This document shows positions 9,721 to 18,760 of a stretch of 44,943 nucleotides of DNA, in pieces. The stretch's first letter is position 1. Every line of letters starts with the position of its first letter. The notes under the pieces were generated by a model. That model worked only from the letters and a program-made list of their open reading frames with translations, had not been told where the DNA came from and made no database searches. Both the position numbers and the translations under genes were made by a program. Where the stretch lies: sequence record SRR20825006_1030; one strand, given 5' to 3'.

Positions 9721-11067
9721 TCAAACAACTCTGCTATCCATGGCACTTGCTAGAACCCTACTTCGACCAGAGGCTTTAGCCTTATACATAGCGTCATCTG
9801 CTCTGGCTATCACCGACATGCTCTCTTTATCGCATGTCTTGAGCTGAGTAATACCTGCACTAAAACTGCACTGAATAAGCTTCCCTGCGTCAGAATAAAA
9901 ATCTCGTTTACACCAATTTTTCAGAAGTAGTTCTATCACTGATTTTCCTTGTTTCACCGTTGTATTGGGCATAATAACGAGAAACTCCTCACCACCAAAA
10001 CGACCAAAAACATCAGTCTCTCTCAGCCGATTTTTGAGTTCATGTGCAAACTGTACCAGCAGTTTATCTCCAGTCAGATGGCCATGGTTATCATTCACAT
10101 CCTTAAACTTATCCAGGTCAATAATAACGACCGTAATGTCACTTGGATGGCGGTGGAACTGCTTGATTAACTGTGAAAGACGTCCAAGCAACACCCGTCT
10201 ATTGGGCAAAAGTGTCAATTCATCGAGTTCAGCCTGCTGTTTGAGTTTTACTTCAAGTAATTTTTGCTTATCAATGTCATTGATAATGCCGTACCAACTC
10301 ACTCCGTCCTCATTTTTTTCCGGAATGGCGTGAATCTGTAACCATTTGAAGACATCCTGAAAATGTACCCTGAAATCAACAAGCCAGGGCTGCATATCGA
10401 TTAACGAATGATTGAAACTGACAAGCAAGCGCCGAAGATCCTCTTTATGCACAATAACCAAAGCGAGATTGGGTTCTTGCTGAATCTTCGACAATGGAAC
10501 GTCAAAAAATACACCGGCCTGCTCACTGATAAACGGGCAAGCCAAATGGTGATGGTTATCAATATTGAGACAAAATATGACGCCGGGAATGGCCTTAGAA
10601 AGTTTATTGAGTATGAGCTCGGCCTTGTAACGCTCGGTCACATCAATATGAGTCCCAGCCAGCCATTCAGGTTTGCCATCGGCAGTTTTAGTAACGATTT
10701 TGCCACTGTCCTGAACAATCACCCAGTGACCCTGTTTGTGACGCAGTCTTACCAGGCACTCGTAACGCTCCAATTGGCCATCGAAATGCTTGTCAAAAAT
10801 GGCATTGGATTGCTCCAAATCAGCTGGGTGAACAAGATCCACCCACGTTTGAAATGACAATGGTTCTAGTTCTTCAACTTTATAGCCTACAATTTCAGCC
10901 CACCGCTCATTTATGATGATCTCACCTGATTGGACATTCCATTCCCAAGTTGCCGCATTTGTTCCATCAATGATTGCTTCAAGACGTGATTGATATGAAA
11001 TATAGGCATCTTTTTTCAAGCTCTGTCCTTTTCGATAATCACACTGAAATTTTGTGATGTAAATCAC
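9721..11067 (-). CDS. PAS-domain diguanylate cyclase
   Basis: PAS_3-type domains, RETD I-site, RFGGEEF. Confidence 0.92.
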   Translation of the reverse strand: MIYITKFQCDYRKGQSLKKDAYISYQSRLEAIIDGTNAATWEWNVQSGEIIINERWAEIVGYKVEELEPLSFQTWVDLVHPADLEQSNAIFDKHFDGQLERYECLVRLRHKQGHWVIVQDSGKIVTKTADGKPEWLAGTHIDVTERYKAELILNKLSKAIPGVIFCLNIDNHHHLACPFISEQAGVFFDVPLSKIQQEPNLALVIVHKEDLRRLLVSFNHSLIDMQPWLVDFRVHFQDVFKWLQIHAIPEKNEDGVSWYGIINDIDKQKLLEVKLKQQAELDELTLLPNRRVLLGRLSQLIKQFHRHPSDITVVIIDLDKFKDVNDNHGHLTGDKLLVQFAHELKNRLRETDVFGRFGGEEFLVIMPNTTVKQGKSVIELLLKNWCKRDFYSDAGKLIQCSFSAGITQLKTCDKESMSVIARADDAMYKAKASGRSRVLASAMDSRVV

Positions 11068-11406
11068 AAATTATCACGTCCTGAGACAGACTTGTAGCGT
11101 CATACTTGTTTATTTAATGGGTTGGAGTTGATTGGCTCCAGATTGGGGATAGTATCGAGCCTTGACTGGATTGAAAAGACAATAATTTTAAATCGGCTCA
11201 GTCAATCAATAAAGCGTGAATCAAACAGGAAAAGCATCAACTTACCCTTGTGAGGAATTATCTATTTTATGAGCTTATATGTACGTAATTTTTATTTTAT
11301 GCCTTTATTTTATTTATTATATGCCATTAACATTCCTTTAACACATTGATTAATAATGTGGTGAATATAAATTAGACGTCTTTACTTACAGAAGCACGCA
11401 TTAAAG

Positions 11407-11781
11407 TTGTTAAGGATTCCATTTTTTAGTCTTATTCTCATAGGGGCAATGCCAACATGGGCAGATAACTTGACTGGACCACAAAAGAACGCCGTCAGAT
11501 CAGCAAAACAATATCTTAGTTTTACAGGATTTTCTCGCAACGGTCTGATAGACCAGCTTTCATCCGATTATGGCGATGGATACAGCGTTAATGACGCCAC
11601 GGTTGCTGTCGACAGTCTGAGCGTTGACTGGAGCAAACAAGCGGTCAAATCGGCGGAACAATATCTTAGTATCCAGGGCTTTTCCTGTAAGGGCCTAATT
11701 GAACAGCTTTCATCAAGCTATGGCGACAAGTACACAGTTGAACAAGCAACGTATGGTGCACAGCAAGCAGGGGCCTGCTAA
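11407..11781 (+). CDS. Ltp-family (host cell surface-exposed lipoprotein repeat) exported protein
   Basis: Signal peptide and two tandem repeats A(V)xSAxQYL...FSxxGLIxQLSSxYGDxY typical of Ltp domains. Confidence 0.8.
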   Translation: MLRIPFFSLILIGAMPTWADNLTGPQKNAVRSAKQYLSFTGFSRNGLIDQLSSDYGDGYSVNDATVAVDSLSVDWSKQAVKSAEQYLSIQGFSCKGLIEQLSSSYGDKYTVEQATYGAQQAGAC

Positions 11782-11889
11782 TTCAAGCCTTATCGAATAG
11801 AGTGGCTTCATTTTTATTTCATAATGAGCCGATCGAAATCCCAGTTGGTGGGTAATACCGGATAAGCTGATGTGTTATTTCATCTCGTT

Positions 11890-12027
11890 CAAGGTCACTT
11901 GTTGAGTTATTTCATCAGGTCCACGGTCACTTGATGGTTATAAATTCTCGGTCACTGGATGGTGTAGTAGGTGCCTAAGTGCTTGATTTATTGTGTTTCT
12001 CACGGTCACTAAATCAGTTACGCGACA
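11890..12027 (-). mobile_element. putative Tn7-like (TnsB DDE) transposon end; element extends leftward
   Basis: Minus strand begins TGTCGCG, followed by four related repeats (TAACTGATTTAGTGACCG, ACACCATCCAGTGACCG, TAACCATCAAGTGACCG, TAACTCAACAAGTGACCT). Confidence 0.7.
11976..11988 (-). promoter_or_regulatory. IHF binding site
   Basis: AATCAAGCACTTA matches WATCAANNNNTTR exactly and lies between the terminal repeat and the second repeat. Confidence 0.65.
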
Positions 12028-12033
12028 TAAACG

Positions 12034-12062
12034 AAAAAAGCCGGCTCAAAGTCGGCTTTTTT
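12034..12062. terminator. bidirectional intrinsic terminator-like hairpin
   Basis: AAAAAAGCCGGC-TCAAA-GTCGGCTTTTTT. Confidence 0.75.
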
Positions 12063-12278
12063 GTATGTCATGCATTAAATTGCACCAGTCAAGAGAGGTT
12101 CAGTTCATATGGCATCTGATGAGCAAAAAAAGCATAACGACAACAAAAACAACAAACCAGACAATAACCGGACGGGAAGAAGCGACTATAACAGACCCAT
12201 TGGTGACAATGTAAAAGGTGAAGTAAACACAACGAACAGCACTGGGCCAAGAGTGCCAGATAATGCAAAAAAATAAGC

Positions 12279-12674
12279 ATGAAACTAGAAGATATTAGAG
12301 AAGCCTATTACTCACACACCGCAACCGCGAGTCGAGTAGCACGTCAAATATCTTTTGCAGGAATTGCCGTGATATGGATATTCAAAACAGATAAATTGGA
12401 TTCAATCGCTCTTCCTGAAACGCTTATAAGCGCTGCTATTGCGTTGTTGCTATCGCTTTCATTCGACCTACTTCAATACATTTATGCATCAGCTGCTTGG
12501 GGTATTTTTCACCGATATAATGAGAGAAAAAAAGGCGTAGATTATTCTGGTGAAGTTTATGCACCTATGTTTATTAATTGGCCAAGTAATATTTTTTTCT
12601 GGGGAAAGCTGACTTTCTTGATGATTGGATATTTTTTTCTACTTATTTATGGGCTAAGTTCAATTAAATCGTAA
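12279..12674 (+). CDS. hypothetical membrane protein
   Basis: 131-aa ORF with about 3 hydrophobic segments. Confidence 0.7.
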   Translation: MKLEDIREAYYSHTATASRVARQISFAGIAVIWIFKTDKLDSIALPETLISAAIALLLSLSFDLLQYIYASAAWGIFHRYNERKKGVDYSGEVYAPMFINWPSNIFFWGKLTFLMIGYFFLLIYGLSSIKS

Positions 12675-12790
12675 AACTAAATACAGCACTAAAATCATAT
12701 AAGGAAAAGATGAGGTTGCTGAGTTGCATATGGGAAATAAAAACAACGATATCAACGAAGACGGCGTTATAGAACATCTCCGATCACACC

Positions 12791-12857
12791 AAAAAGGGGA
12801 CAGATTTATTTTTCCTAGAACTATTCCCCAACTACAAAATAGATCTGTCCCCTTTTT
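12791..12857. repeat. 22-bp inverted repeat pair (GGGGACAGAT motif)
   Basis: AAAAAGGGGACAGATTTATTTT ... AAAATAGATCTGTCCCCTTTTT, one mismatch, 23-nt spacer. Confidence 0.85.
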
Positions 12858-12884
12858 TAACCAGAACTGCATCAGAAATCAATA

Positions 12885-13373
12885 TTGAAAGTCTACTTTT
12901 TAAAACACATTTTTAATAAGGGAATGGAGCAGCATAAGATGGAACTAATAATTGGTATCACTGGCCTGGTACTGGGCTTACTCTCTGTCGTCGCAAGTTT
13001 CTATTACGGCAACAGAAAGAAAAGACTCATCAACAAGATGGAGAAATATCAGAACAGTATCGATCAAGTAGAAAAATACTCCGGTGATGATGCGGTCAAA
13101 ATGATGGTCCATGACTCCTTCAACAATTTCTCATATGCCGTTGGCTTGTCACTATTAGCGTATTCTGTTGAGGGTATTACAAATAAATTATTCAGCTTTA
13201 GTGGAGAAGCAGAATTTTTTATCAGCCAACTTGCTTTGGGTGTGTATTTTGCTGCTGGAATTCTCTTAATTCAAACATATGCCACGCTGAGTAATGCATA
13301 CCGTCCTAATGAGTCGATTGCAGCACTGCAAAAAAAAGTCGATAAACTAAAAGATGAGATTAGTAAACACTAA
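12885..13373 (+). CDS. hypothetical membrane protein (start probably an internal ATG)
   Basis: ORF with 3 TM segments and a coiled-coil-like C-terminus. Confidence 0.65.
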   Translation: MKVYFLKHIFNKGMEQHKMELIIGITGLVLGLLSVVASFYYGNRKKRLINKMEKYQNSIDQVEKYSGDDAVKMMVHDSFNNFSYAVGLSLLAYSVEGITNKLFSFSGEAEFFISQLALGVYFAAGILLIQTYATLSNAYRPNESIAALQKKVDKLKDEISKH

Positions 13374-13434
13374 GATTCAGGTAACTTGAAAAACGAGCAG
13401 ACCAAGTTTACTGCTGCCTAGATACCATTAATGT

Positions 13435-13455
13435 AAAAAAATCTGTCCCCTTTTT
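13435..13455 (+). repeat. third copy of the ATCTGTCCCCTTTTT motif
   Basis: 15-bp exact direct repeat (13441-13455) of 12843-12857. Confidence 0.8.
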
Positions 13456-13546
13456 CGCTTATGGATCTCCACCTGCAAAGGCGGAAGATCTGTCTAAACC
13501 CGTGTCCGGAATTAGTTGACCACTACAATGAGCCAAATGCAGACAT

Positions 13547-14608
13547 TTAGTTAGATTTTTCCATCACCAGATATGGGTTGAAGCGTTCATGAATATCAAA
13601 TCCATATTTCGCATTTATAGCCCACTTAATTATATTCCGTGCCAATAACTGATTATCATATAACTCTGCGTATGTACTAACGCGGTCTTTGAAAACTCTC
13701 CCATGAGCTGCTCGCTCATTACGCAATTTTTCTAGCTTTATCATTTTTTCAATTGCGCTCTCATCTCGCTCAGAGAATGGGTTTTGTACTACCTGCTCTA
13801 AGTCAATTCCTTCAGATTCAAATTTTCTAAGGATCTTATCTTGAGATGAAGCCATCATTCCGCCATATATCGCCTCTAAAACTTTATAAAACCCATGAAG
13901 CGCACCTTCGAGCTTTACTGCTTCAGAAATGGTCAATGGTTTTTCATTCTCTGAGCTCAAGTAGTCCTTCGGATAACCTATTTCTTCAATCACACAAAGA
14001 ACGGCCTCTCTGTAAAACATTGACGCATAAAGCAGCACTTCATCGCCAACTATCAAGTCAGCAATTTCAAAAACTCGCAAATTGACCTCGAGCCCGAAGG
14101 ACCGCAAATACCAAATAGAATCATCTATAGGATATTCAGGTATACCCGTATGCTTAGTTACATAGATACGCAAATCTGAGCTACTTAGGAGTCGATCATC
14201 TTCTATTTTAGACTCAGCAATCTCTATTACACCGACATTATCAGAGTCAGTTGCATCTCGTAAGATAGCCATCGAAGCATTCAAGGCATCCAGTACATTG
14301 AATCTATTGATAACTTTCGAATTAGGAATCAAGACATATCGAGAGTTCTGATAGCTCAGCCCTACAATCTCAAGTGTCGAGTCATTTTTCGATCTGTCTA
14401 AAAGGCTAATCGAAGAACCGTTAAATTTCCCATCAGGCCTTTCAAGTATCACGGGCTTCAAACTAAAATTGTTATAGTTTCTACAACAGCACAAATAATC
14501 AGGGAAGACGGTTATGTGCGGTTGGTCATAGCATTGAAGCTTTTCAATTTCTCCTTCACTTAACTCAAAAATGAACTCTGCGGGTAAACCAAGAATTAAG
14601 TAGTCCAT
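13547..14608 (-). CDS. hypothetical protein with a HEPN/MauJ-like C-terminus
   Basis: FYKVLE and LRNERAAHG (Rx5H) motifs. Confidence 0.6.
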   Translation of the reverse strand: MDYLILGLPAEFIFELSEGEIEKLQCYDQPHITVFPDYLCCCRNYNNFSLKPVILERPDGKFNGSSISLLDRSKNDSTLEIVGLSYQNSRYVLIPNSKVINRFNVLDALNASMAILRDATDSDNVGVIEIAESKIEDDRLLSSSDLRIYVTKHTGIPEYPIDDSIWYLRSFGLEVNLRVFEIADLIVGDEVLLYASMFYREAVLCVIEEIGYPKDYLSSENEKPLTISEAVKLEGALHGFYKVLEAIYGGMMASSQDKILRKFESEGIDLEQVVQNPFSERDESAIEKMIKLEKLRNERAAHGRVFKDRVSTYAELYDNQLLARNIIKWAINAKYGFDIHERFNPYLVMEKSN

Positions 14609-14849
14609 TTCCTTTCCCTGACAATGAAATATTTATTATCAAAGCAATGAATATTTTCTCCCTAGAGGCTAACGGGATCATGCTCTTCTACTCATAAATA
14701 ACTGCACTATAAACTACTGCAGTCCACTTCAATCAACCTATCCTCATAAGAGGTTTAGCAGCAGTTAAAACATACTTGGCTTTCTTCAAATCAAAGTGTT
14801 CAGGGACGATTGATTATTTCAAAACCCCAAATTTTAGTTTTGAGACGGA

Positions 14850-15044
14850 TTATTTCTTACGACGCCCAGCCCTGTTAAACGCAGAGTAAAGCTGGTAAAG
14901 AATATACGGAGTGATAGCCAATATCACTGCTTCTGTACCAGTCATTTTTTCACCTGCCAGTACAAGAATAATGATCAGCAGAAATCCGACAGCCAACAGC
15001 TTGAGTAGCTTGATTGACTCTTTCGCTATAACCTTCTTCTGCAT
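14850..15044 (-). CDS. small membrane protein
   Basis: 64 aa, two hydrophobic segments, GAAGGAAG RBS. Confidence 0.55.
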   Translation of the reverse strand: MQKKVIAKESIKLLKLLAVGFLLIIILVLAGEKMTGTEAVILAITPYILYQLYSAFNRAGRRKK

Positions 15045-15308
15045 TTTGCTTCCTTCTCTAAAAATTCAACAGTTCTGAGAGGACTCAATCACCCCAACGG
15101 GTAATCTACTCCTATACTTGGTGCCCTATCAATGGATTAAGCCAGCCAATCCGATAATCATTCGGTGATTAAAATTCAGAGGCGGTATCTGCCAAGCATC
15201 ATTAGCCAATGCCGCGGCATGACTGCCTATGAAAATTATCCCCAATAACGTACCCTAACTTCCCTAAAATCATATCGACCGGCGATATGAGATGATTCAG
15301 GAAGGTAA

Positions 15309-15659
15309 ATGAAACAAATCACCGTAGAAACTAACCCAAGCGAAGAGAAACTAAAGAAATTAGGCGTCAATCATTGGCCGACATGGCAGAAAGAAGTCTC
15401 TGTTTTCCCCTGGAGTTTCATCACCACTGAGTATGCCTATATCCTTGAAGGGGAATGTGTGATGACACCTGAAGATGGTGGTCCAGCGGTGACATTCAAA
15501 GCGGGTGATTTGGTGATTTTCCCGAATGGTTTCAAAGGCACCTGGGAAGTAACAAAGCCATTCAAAAAACGCTTTAAACACGTCGATGGCAATTTGGCAA
15601 AATGCTTCTTGTGCCGTGTAAAAATTCTGGTCAATCGTATCAAGTCACTGTTTGGCTAA
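15309..15659 (+). CDS. cupin superfamily protein (Cupin_3/DUF861-like)
   Basis: WPTWQKEVSVFPW...EYAYILEGE...GDLVIFPNGFKGTW. Confidence 0.85.
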   Translation: MKQITVETNPSEEKLKKLGVNHWPTWQKEVSVFPWSFITTEYAYILEGECVMTPEDGGPAVTFKAGDLVIFPNGFKGTWEVTKPFKKRFKHVDGNLAKCFLCRVKILVNRIKSLFG

Positions 15660-15698
15660 TCGACTTTTTGTGTCTAACTAATATTAACGAGAGAGAAA

Positions 15699-15989
15699 AT
15701 GAGCGAAAACGCCCCTGCTGAAAAAACATTCCAAGAACGTTGTGATGAGTTTATTACTCTTGCTAACCAGCAACATGCAGAAACCGAAGCAGAAAATGTG
15801 AATTCTGCAATACTCTTTTCTGCCGCACGTTTCAGTGTATTTAGCACTGCACCTCAGTTTGATGAGGCTGAACAGTTAAAAGAAGAAAAACAAAAAATCA
15901 TTGAGTATTTTACTCAGCGTTTTGCAGAAATGATGGCGACTAACCTCGACGAATATATTGATCGCTTTGATGAGTACAACCCGAAGTAA
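15699..15989 (+). CDS. DUF3144-family protein
   Basis: FQERCDEFITLAN...SAARF...NLDEY pattern. Confidence 0.75.
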   Translation: MSENAPAEKTFQERCDEFITLANQQHAETEAENVNSAILFSAARFSVFSTAPQFDEAEQLKEEKQKIIEYFTQRFAEMMATNLDEYIDRFDEYNPK

Positions 15990-16000
15990 GTTGAAGTAAG

Positions 16001-16089
16001 GTAGGTTGGGCTGAGGGACGAAGCCCAACAATTCCAACCTTTTTAAACAAAAAACCACCGTTGGGCTTGATAAATTCAGCCCAACCGAC
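16001..16089. repeat. GTAG-type REP doublet (REPIN)
   Basis: GTAGGTTGGGCTGAGGGACGAAGCCCAAC plus inverted GTTGGGCTTGATAAATTCAGCCCAACCGAC. Confidence 0.9.
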
Positions 16090-16115
16090 ATTCGATGATT
16101 TCACAAGGATTGTGA

Positions 16116-16649
16116 TTGATGCGTTATCGACGTGCTGATGTGGCAGGTGCCACTTATTTCTTTACCGTCAATCTTCTTGATCGACAACAAACACTATTAA
16201 CCGATCATATTTCCCTGCTGCGTCGCTGCATTCGAACCGTAAAACATCGTCACCCATTTAAAATCGATGCCATGGTGGTACTGCCCGACCATTTGCATGC
16301 CATCTGGACTTTACCGGATGCTGATGCCGATTTTTCCAAACGCTGGATGTTAATCAAATCATCGTTTTCACGATCACTACCCAAGACCGAAAATCTCAAA
16401 CCAAGCCGTGTTACAAAGCGTGAACGTGGAATCTGGCAGCGCCGGTTCTGGGAACACCTTATTCGTAATGAAGTGGATTATGAGCGCCATGTGGATTACA
16501 TCCACTATAATCCGGTCAAGCATGGCTATGTGGACAAAGCGGTCGACTGGCCCTTTTCAAGCATCCATCGGTATATTAAAGATCGATATGTAGGCCCAGA
16601 CTGGGGTGTTATTGACTCGATTGATGACCTGTCGGTTGGGGAAAGGTGA
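16116..16649 (+). CDS. REP-associated tyrosine transposase (RAYT/TnpA-REP, HUH Y1)
   Basis: GATYFFTV, PDHLHAIW (HUH), WQRRFWEHLIR, YIHYNPVKHG; flanked by REPs. Confidence 0.95.
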   Translation: MMRYRRADVAGATYFFTVNLLDRQQTLLTDHISLLRRCIRTVKHRHPFKIDAMVVLPDHLHAIWTLPDADADFSKRWMLIKSSFSRSLPKTENLKPSRVTKRERGIWQRRFWEHLIRNEVDYERHVDYIHYNPVKHGYVDKAVDWPFSSIHRYIKDRYVGPDWGVIDSIDDLSVGER

Positions 16650-16652
16650 TTT

Positions 16653-16681
16653 GTTGGGCTACCTTCGTCAGCCCAACCTAC
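16653..16681 (-). repeat. REP copy
   Basis: GTTGGGCTACCTTCGTCAGCCCAACCTAC. Confidence 0.9.
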
Positions 16682-16860
16682 GTTTGATGCTTGCCCATGG
16701 ATTGTGATTGATGTGCGTGATCAACGTGTTGAAGCAATTCAGGTAGATAATTCGTTCAACTCCAGACGCTGTTCAATGAGCGCTTGACGCCATCATAAAT
16801 AGGGGAACATGATGATTGAGGTTGTTTACTACCGATGGAAATCATCAGGGAGCGCTAAAT

Positions 16861-17040
16861 ATGAAGTACTTCATCATCGCAATGATGATCTTAGGATCAT
16901 CCTCAGCTATTGCTTCTCAACATAACGTTAAAACAACATCGGCATTCGTGACTGTTTCTGATGCAGTAAGTCATAGTGGCAGAACTGACTCGTCTGGCTG
17001 CCATCGTGACACCAAGGCGGGAACCAGACACTGCCATTAA
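16861..17040 (+). CDS. small exported YHYH-domain-like protein
   Basis: GGAG RBS, signal peptide MKYFII...AIA, C-terminal HSGRTDSSGCH...HCH. Confidence 0.8.
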   Translation: MKYFIIAMMILGSSSAIASQHNVKTTSAFVTVSDAVSHSGRTDSSGCHRDTKAGTRHCH

Positions 17041-17049
17041 GCTAGTCAG

Positions 17050-17137
17050 GTAGGTTGGGCTGACACAGGAAGCCCAACACTTTCCTGCCTCAACACCACA
17101 AACCTCCGTGGGGCTTCATAAATTCAGCCCACCCTAC
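17050..17137. repeat. REP doublet (REPIN)
   Basis: GTAGGTTGGGCTGACACAGGAAGCCCAAC plus GTGGGGCTTCATAAATTCAGCCCCACCTAC. Confidence 0.9.
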
Positions 17138-17338
17138 ATTGATTTAACCGCCCTCTCCTCGCTCAGCATCTCCAGGCGATTATCTAAACACTCACATTAA
17201 CTAGGAACAATCCGCTGGTTGGTGACGTCATGTTAGGTAAGGGTCATAAAAGAAAGAATGGATCCTTTCTGTAATCTCTCATCATTAAATTGCATGTGGA
17301 GTACATAACAGCATCTCATTAATAAAGGAGAAGCCAAC

Positions 17339-18664
17339 ATGTCTCACAAACATACCAAACGGCCAATCAGTCTCATCATGGCCTCTGCCATCATGACCGG
17401 CTTGACAGTCACTGCTTGCTCGGACTCTGAAGCCCCTGACACTGCCCCACCAGACACTCAAGCAAATGGCACTGAAGCCCCTGAGCTCAGTCACAGCGAG
17501 GTACTCTCTGGTCTGGAAAATCCCTGGGATATTACCTTTTTCAATGACGGAACGATGCTGTATACCGAGAAATGTCGTGGCCTGTCAGTGCGTCAGCCTG
17601 ATGGTCAGGTCAATCATCTGTTAGGGATGAAAGACACCACGGATTACGCCACAACGGAGAAAGACCTTATCTGCAAAGGCCAGGCCGGGATGAACGGTGT
17701 TGAAATTGATCCGAACTTTGAGGACAACCGCTACATCTACGTTTACTCAGCCTCTGACAAAATACCGCCGGCGACTAACCGCGTGTTGCGTCTTAAACTC
17801 AATGAAGACTTCACCAAAGTCTCTGACCGCACAGATATTATTGAAAACATTCCGTTCAAACCGAAACCCACTGATCATCCATTCGGTGAGGCCGGCGCTC
17901 ACAATGGCGGCCGAATTCAGTTTGGACCGGATAACCAATTCCTTTACGTTACCACCGGCGACAATCACAACAGCCGGATTCCACAAGATCCGCAATCGCT
18001 GGGTGGCAAGGTGCTTCGAGTTGATCGTAATGGCGATCCCGCACCCGATAATGGTTTATCTGACAAATACGATCCAAAAATCTATACCTATGGCCACCGT
18101 AACGTTCAGGGTCTGACATTTCACCCTGAAACGGGTCAGCCAGTCGTCACAGAACATGGCCCATGGCACTCTGATGAGGTCAATATGCTGTTCGCCGGTG
18201 GCAACAGTGGCTGGGACCCTAAACCCAATATGGCGGGTCGTGGTGACTGCCCGGATGACTACTGCGGCTATATGCCCAACCAGAAAGAAGGCATGGACCC
18301 GGATAAACGGTCTGAATATATGCCAATCACCGATACGGAAACCTATCCGGATGCCATTAAACCTCTCTGGCAGAACAATCAGCTCTCTCAAGGTATCAGC
18401 ACCGCTGATTTCCTGACTGGTGAGCAATGGGGTGCATGGAATGGCCGTCTTGCCGTTGGTTTCATGGGTATTGGCTTTGGTGGCACCCCGGTCGGTAACC
18501 GTATCGATCTGCTGCAAATCTCTGACGATGGTCAGCTTGCTGATGTTACCGAAATGCCCTTACCAATCGAGCCGGGTCGCTTCCGAGCCATCGCTCAGGG
18601 ACCTGAAGGCGATCTGTATACGGTTATGGGTGAAGGCGTAATCTATCGTATTAGCCCGAAATAA
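17339..18664 (+). CDS. PQQ-dependent soluble sugar dehydrogenase (GSDH/YliI family) lipoprotein
   Basis: Lipobox VTAC, GLENPW, HNGGRIQFGPD, YGHRNVQG, EHGP...DEVN. Confidence 0.88.
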   Translation: MSHKHTKRPISLIMASAIMTGLTVTACSDSEAPDTAPPDTQANGTEAPELSHSEVLSGLENPWDITFFNDGTMLYTEKCRGLSVRQPDGQVNHLLGMKDTTDYATTEKDLICKGQAGMNGVEIDPNFEDNRYIYVYSASDKIPPATNRVLRLKLNEDFTKVSDRTDIIENIPFKPKPTDHPFGEAGAHNGGRIQFGPDNQFLYVTTGDNHNSRIPQDPQSLGGKVLRVDRNGDPAPDNGLSDKYDPKIYTYGHRNVQGLTFHPETGQPVVTEHGPWHSDEVNMLFAGGNSGWDPKPNMAGRGDCPDDYCGYMPNQKEGMDPDKRSEYMPITDTETYPDAIKPLWQNNQLSQGISTADFLTGEQWGAWNGRLAVGFMGIGFGGTPVGNRIDLLQISDDGQLADVTEMPLPIEPGRFRAIAQGPEGDLYTVMGEGVIYRISPK

Positions 18665-18723
18665 ACCGCCTGACGGCACTGCAGGGACGCAGTGCGGTTT
18701 TCTGCAAGTACAAAAGGAAGAAG

Positions 18724-18748
18724 AACCCGGCCTTGATGCCGGGTTTTT
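18724..18748 (+). terminator. intrinsic terminator
   Basis: AACCCGGC-CTTGAT-GCCGGGTTTTT. Confidence 0.75.
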
Positions 18749-18760
18749 CATGTCTGGATG

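Noticed and set aside
11890-12020. GGTCACT repeats as a CRISPR array or iterons
   Set aside because: The repeats are short, degenerate and irregularly spaced, with no cas or rep gene. A terminal TGT fits a transposon end better.
12660-12872. 70-aa minus-strand ORF containing KGTDLF and INLSPF
   Set aside because: It is a translation of the DNA inverted repeat, not a credible protein.
15209-15220. Palindrome ATGCCGCGGCAT
   Set aside because: It is a single 12-bp palindrome with no supporting context and could be chance.
16001-17137. RAYT as an ordinary IS200/IS605 element
   Set aside because: There is no tnpB, and the multiple GTAG palindromes and protein motifs match the RAYT family.
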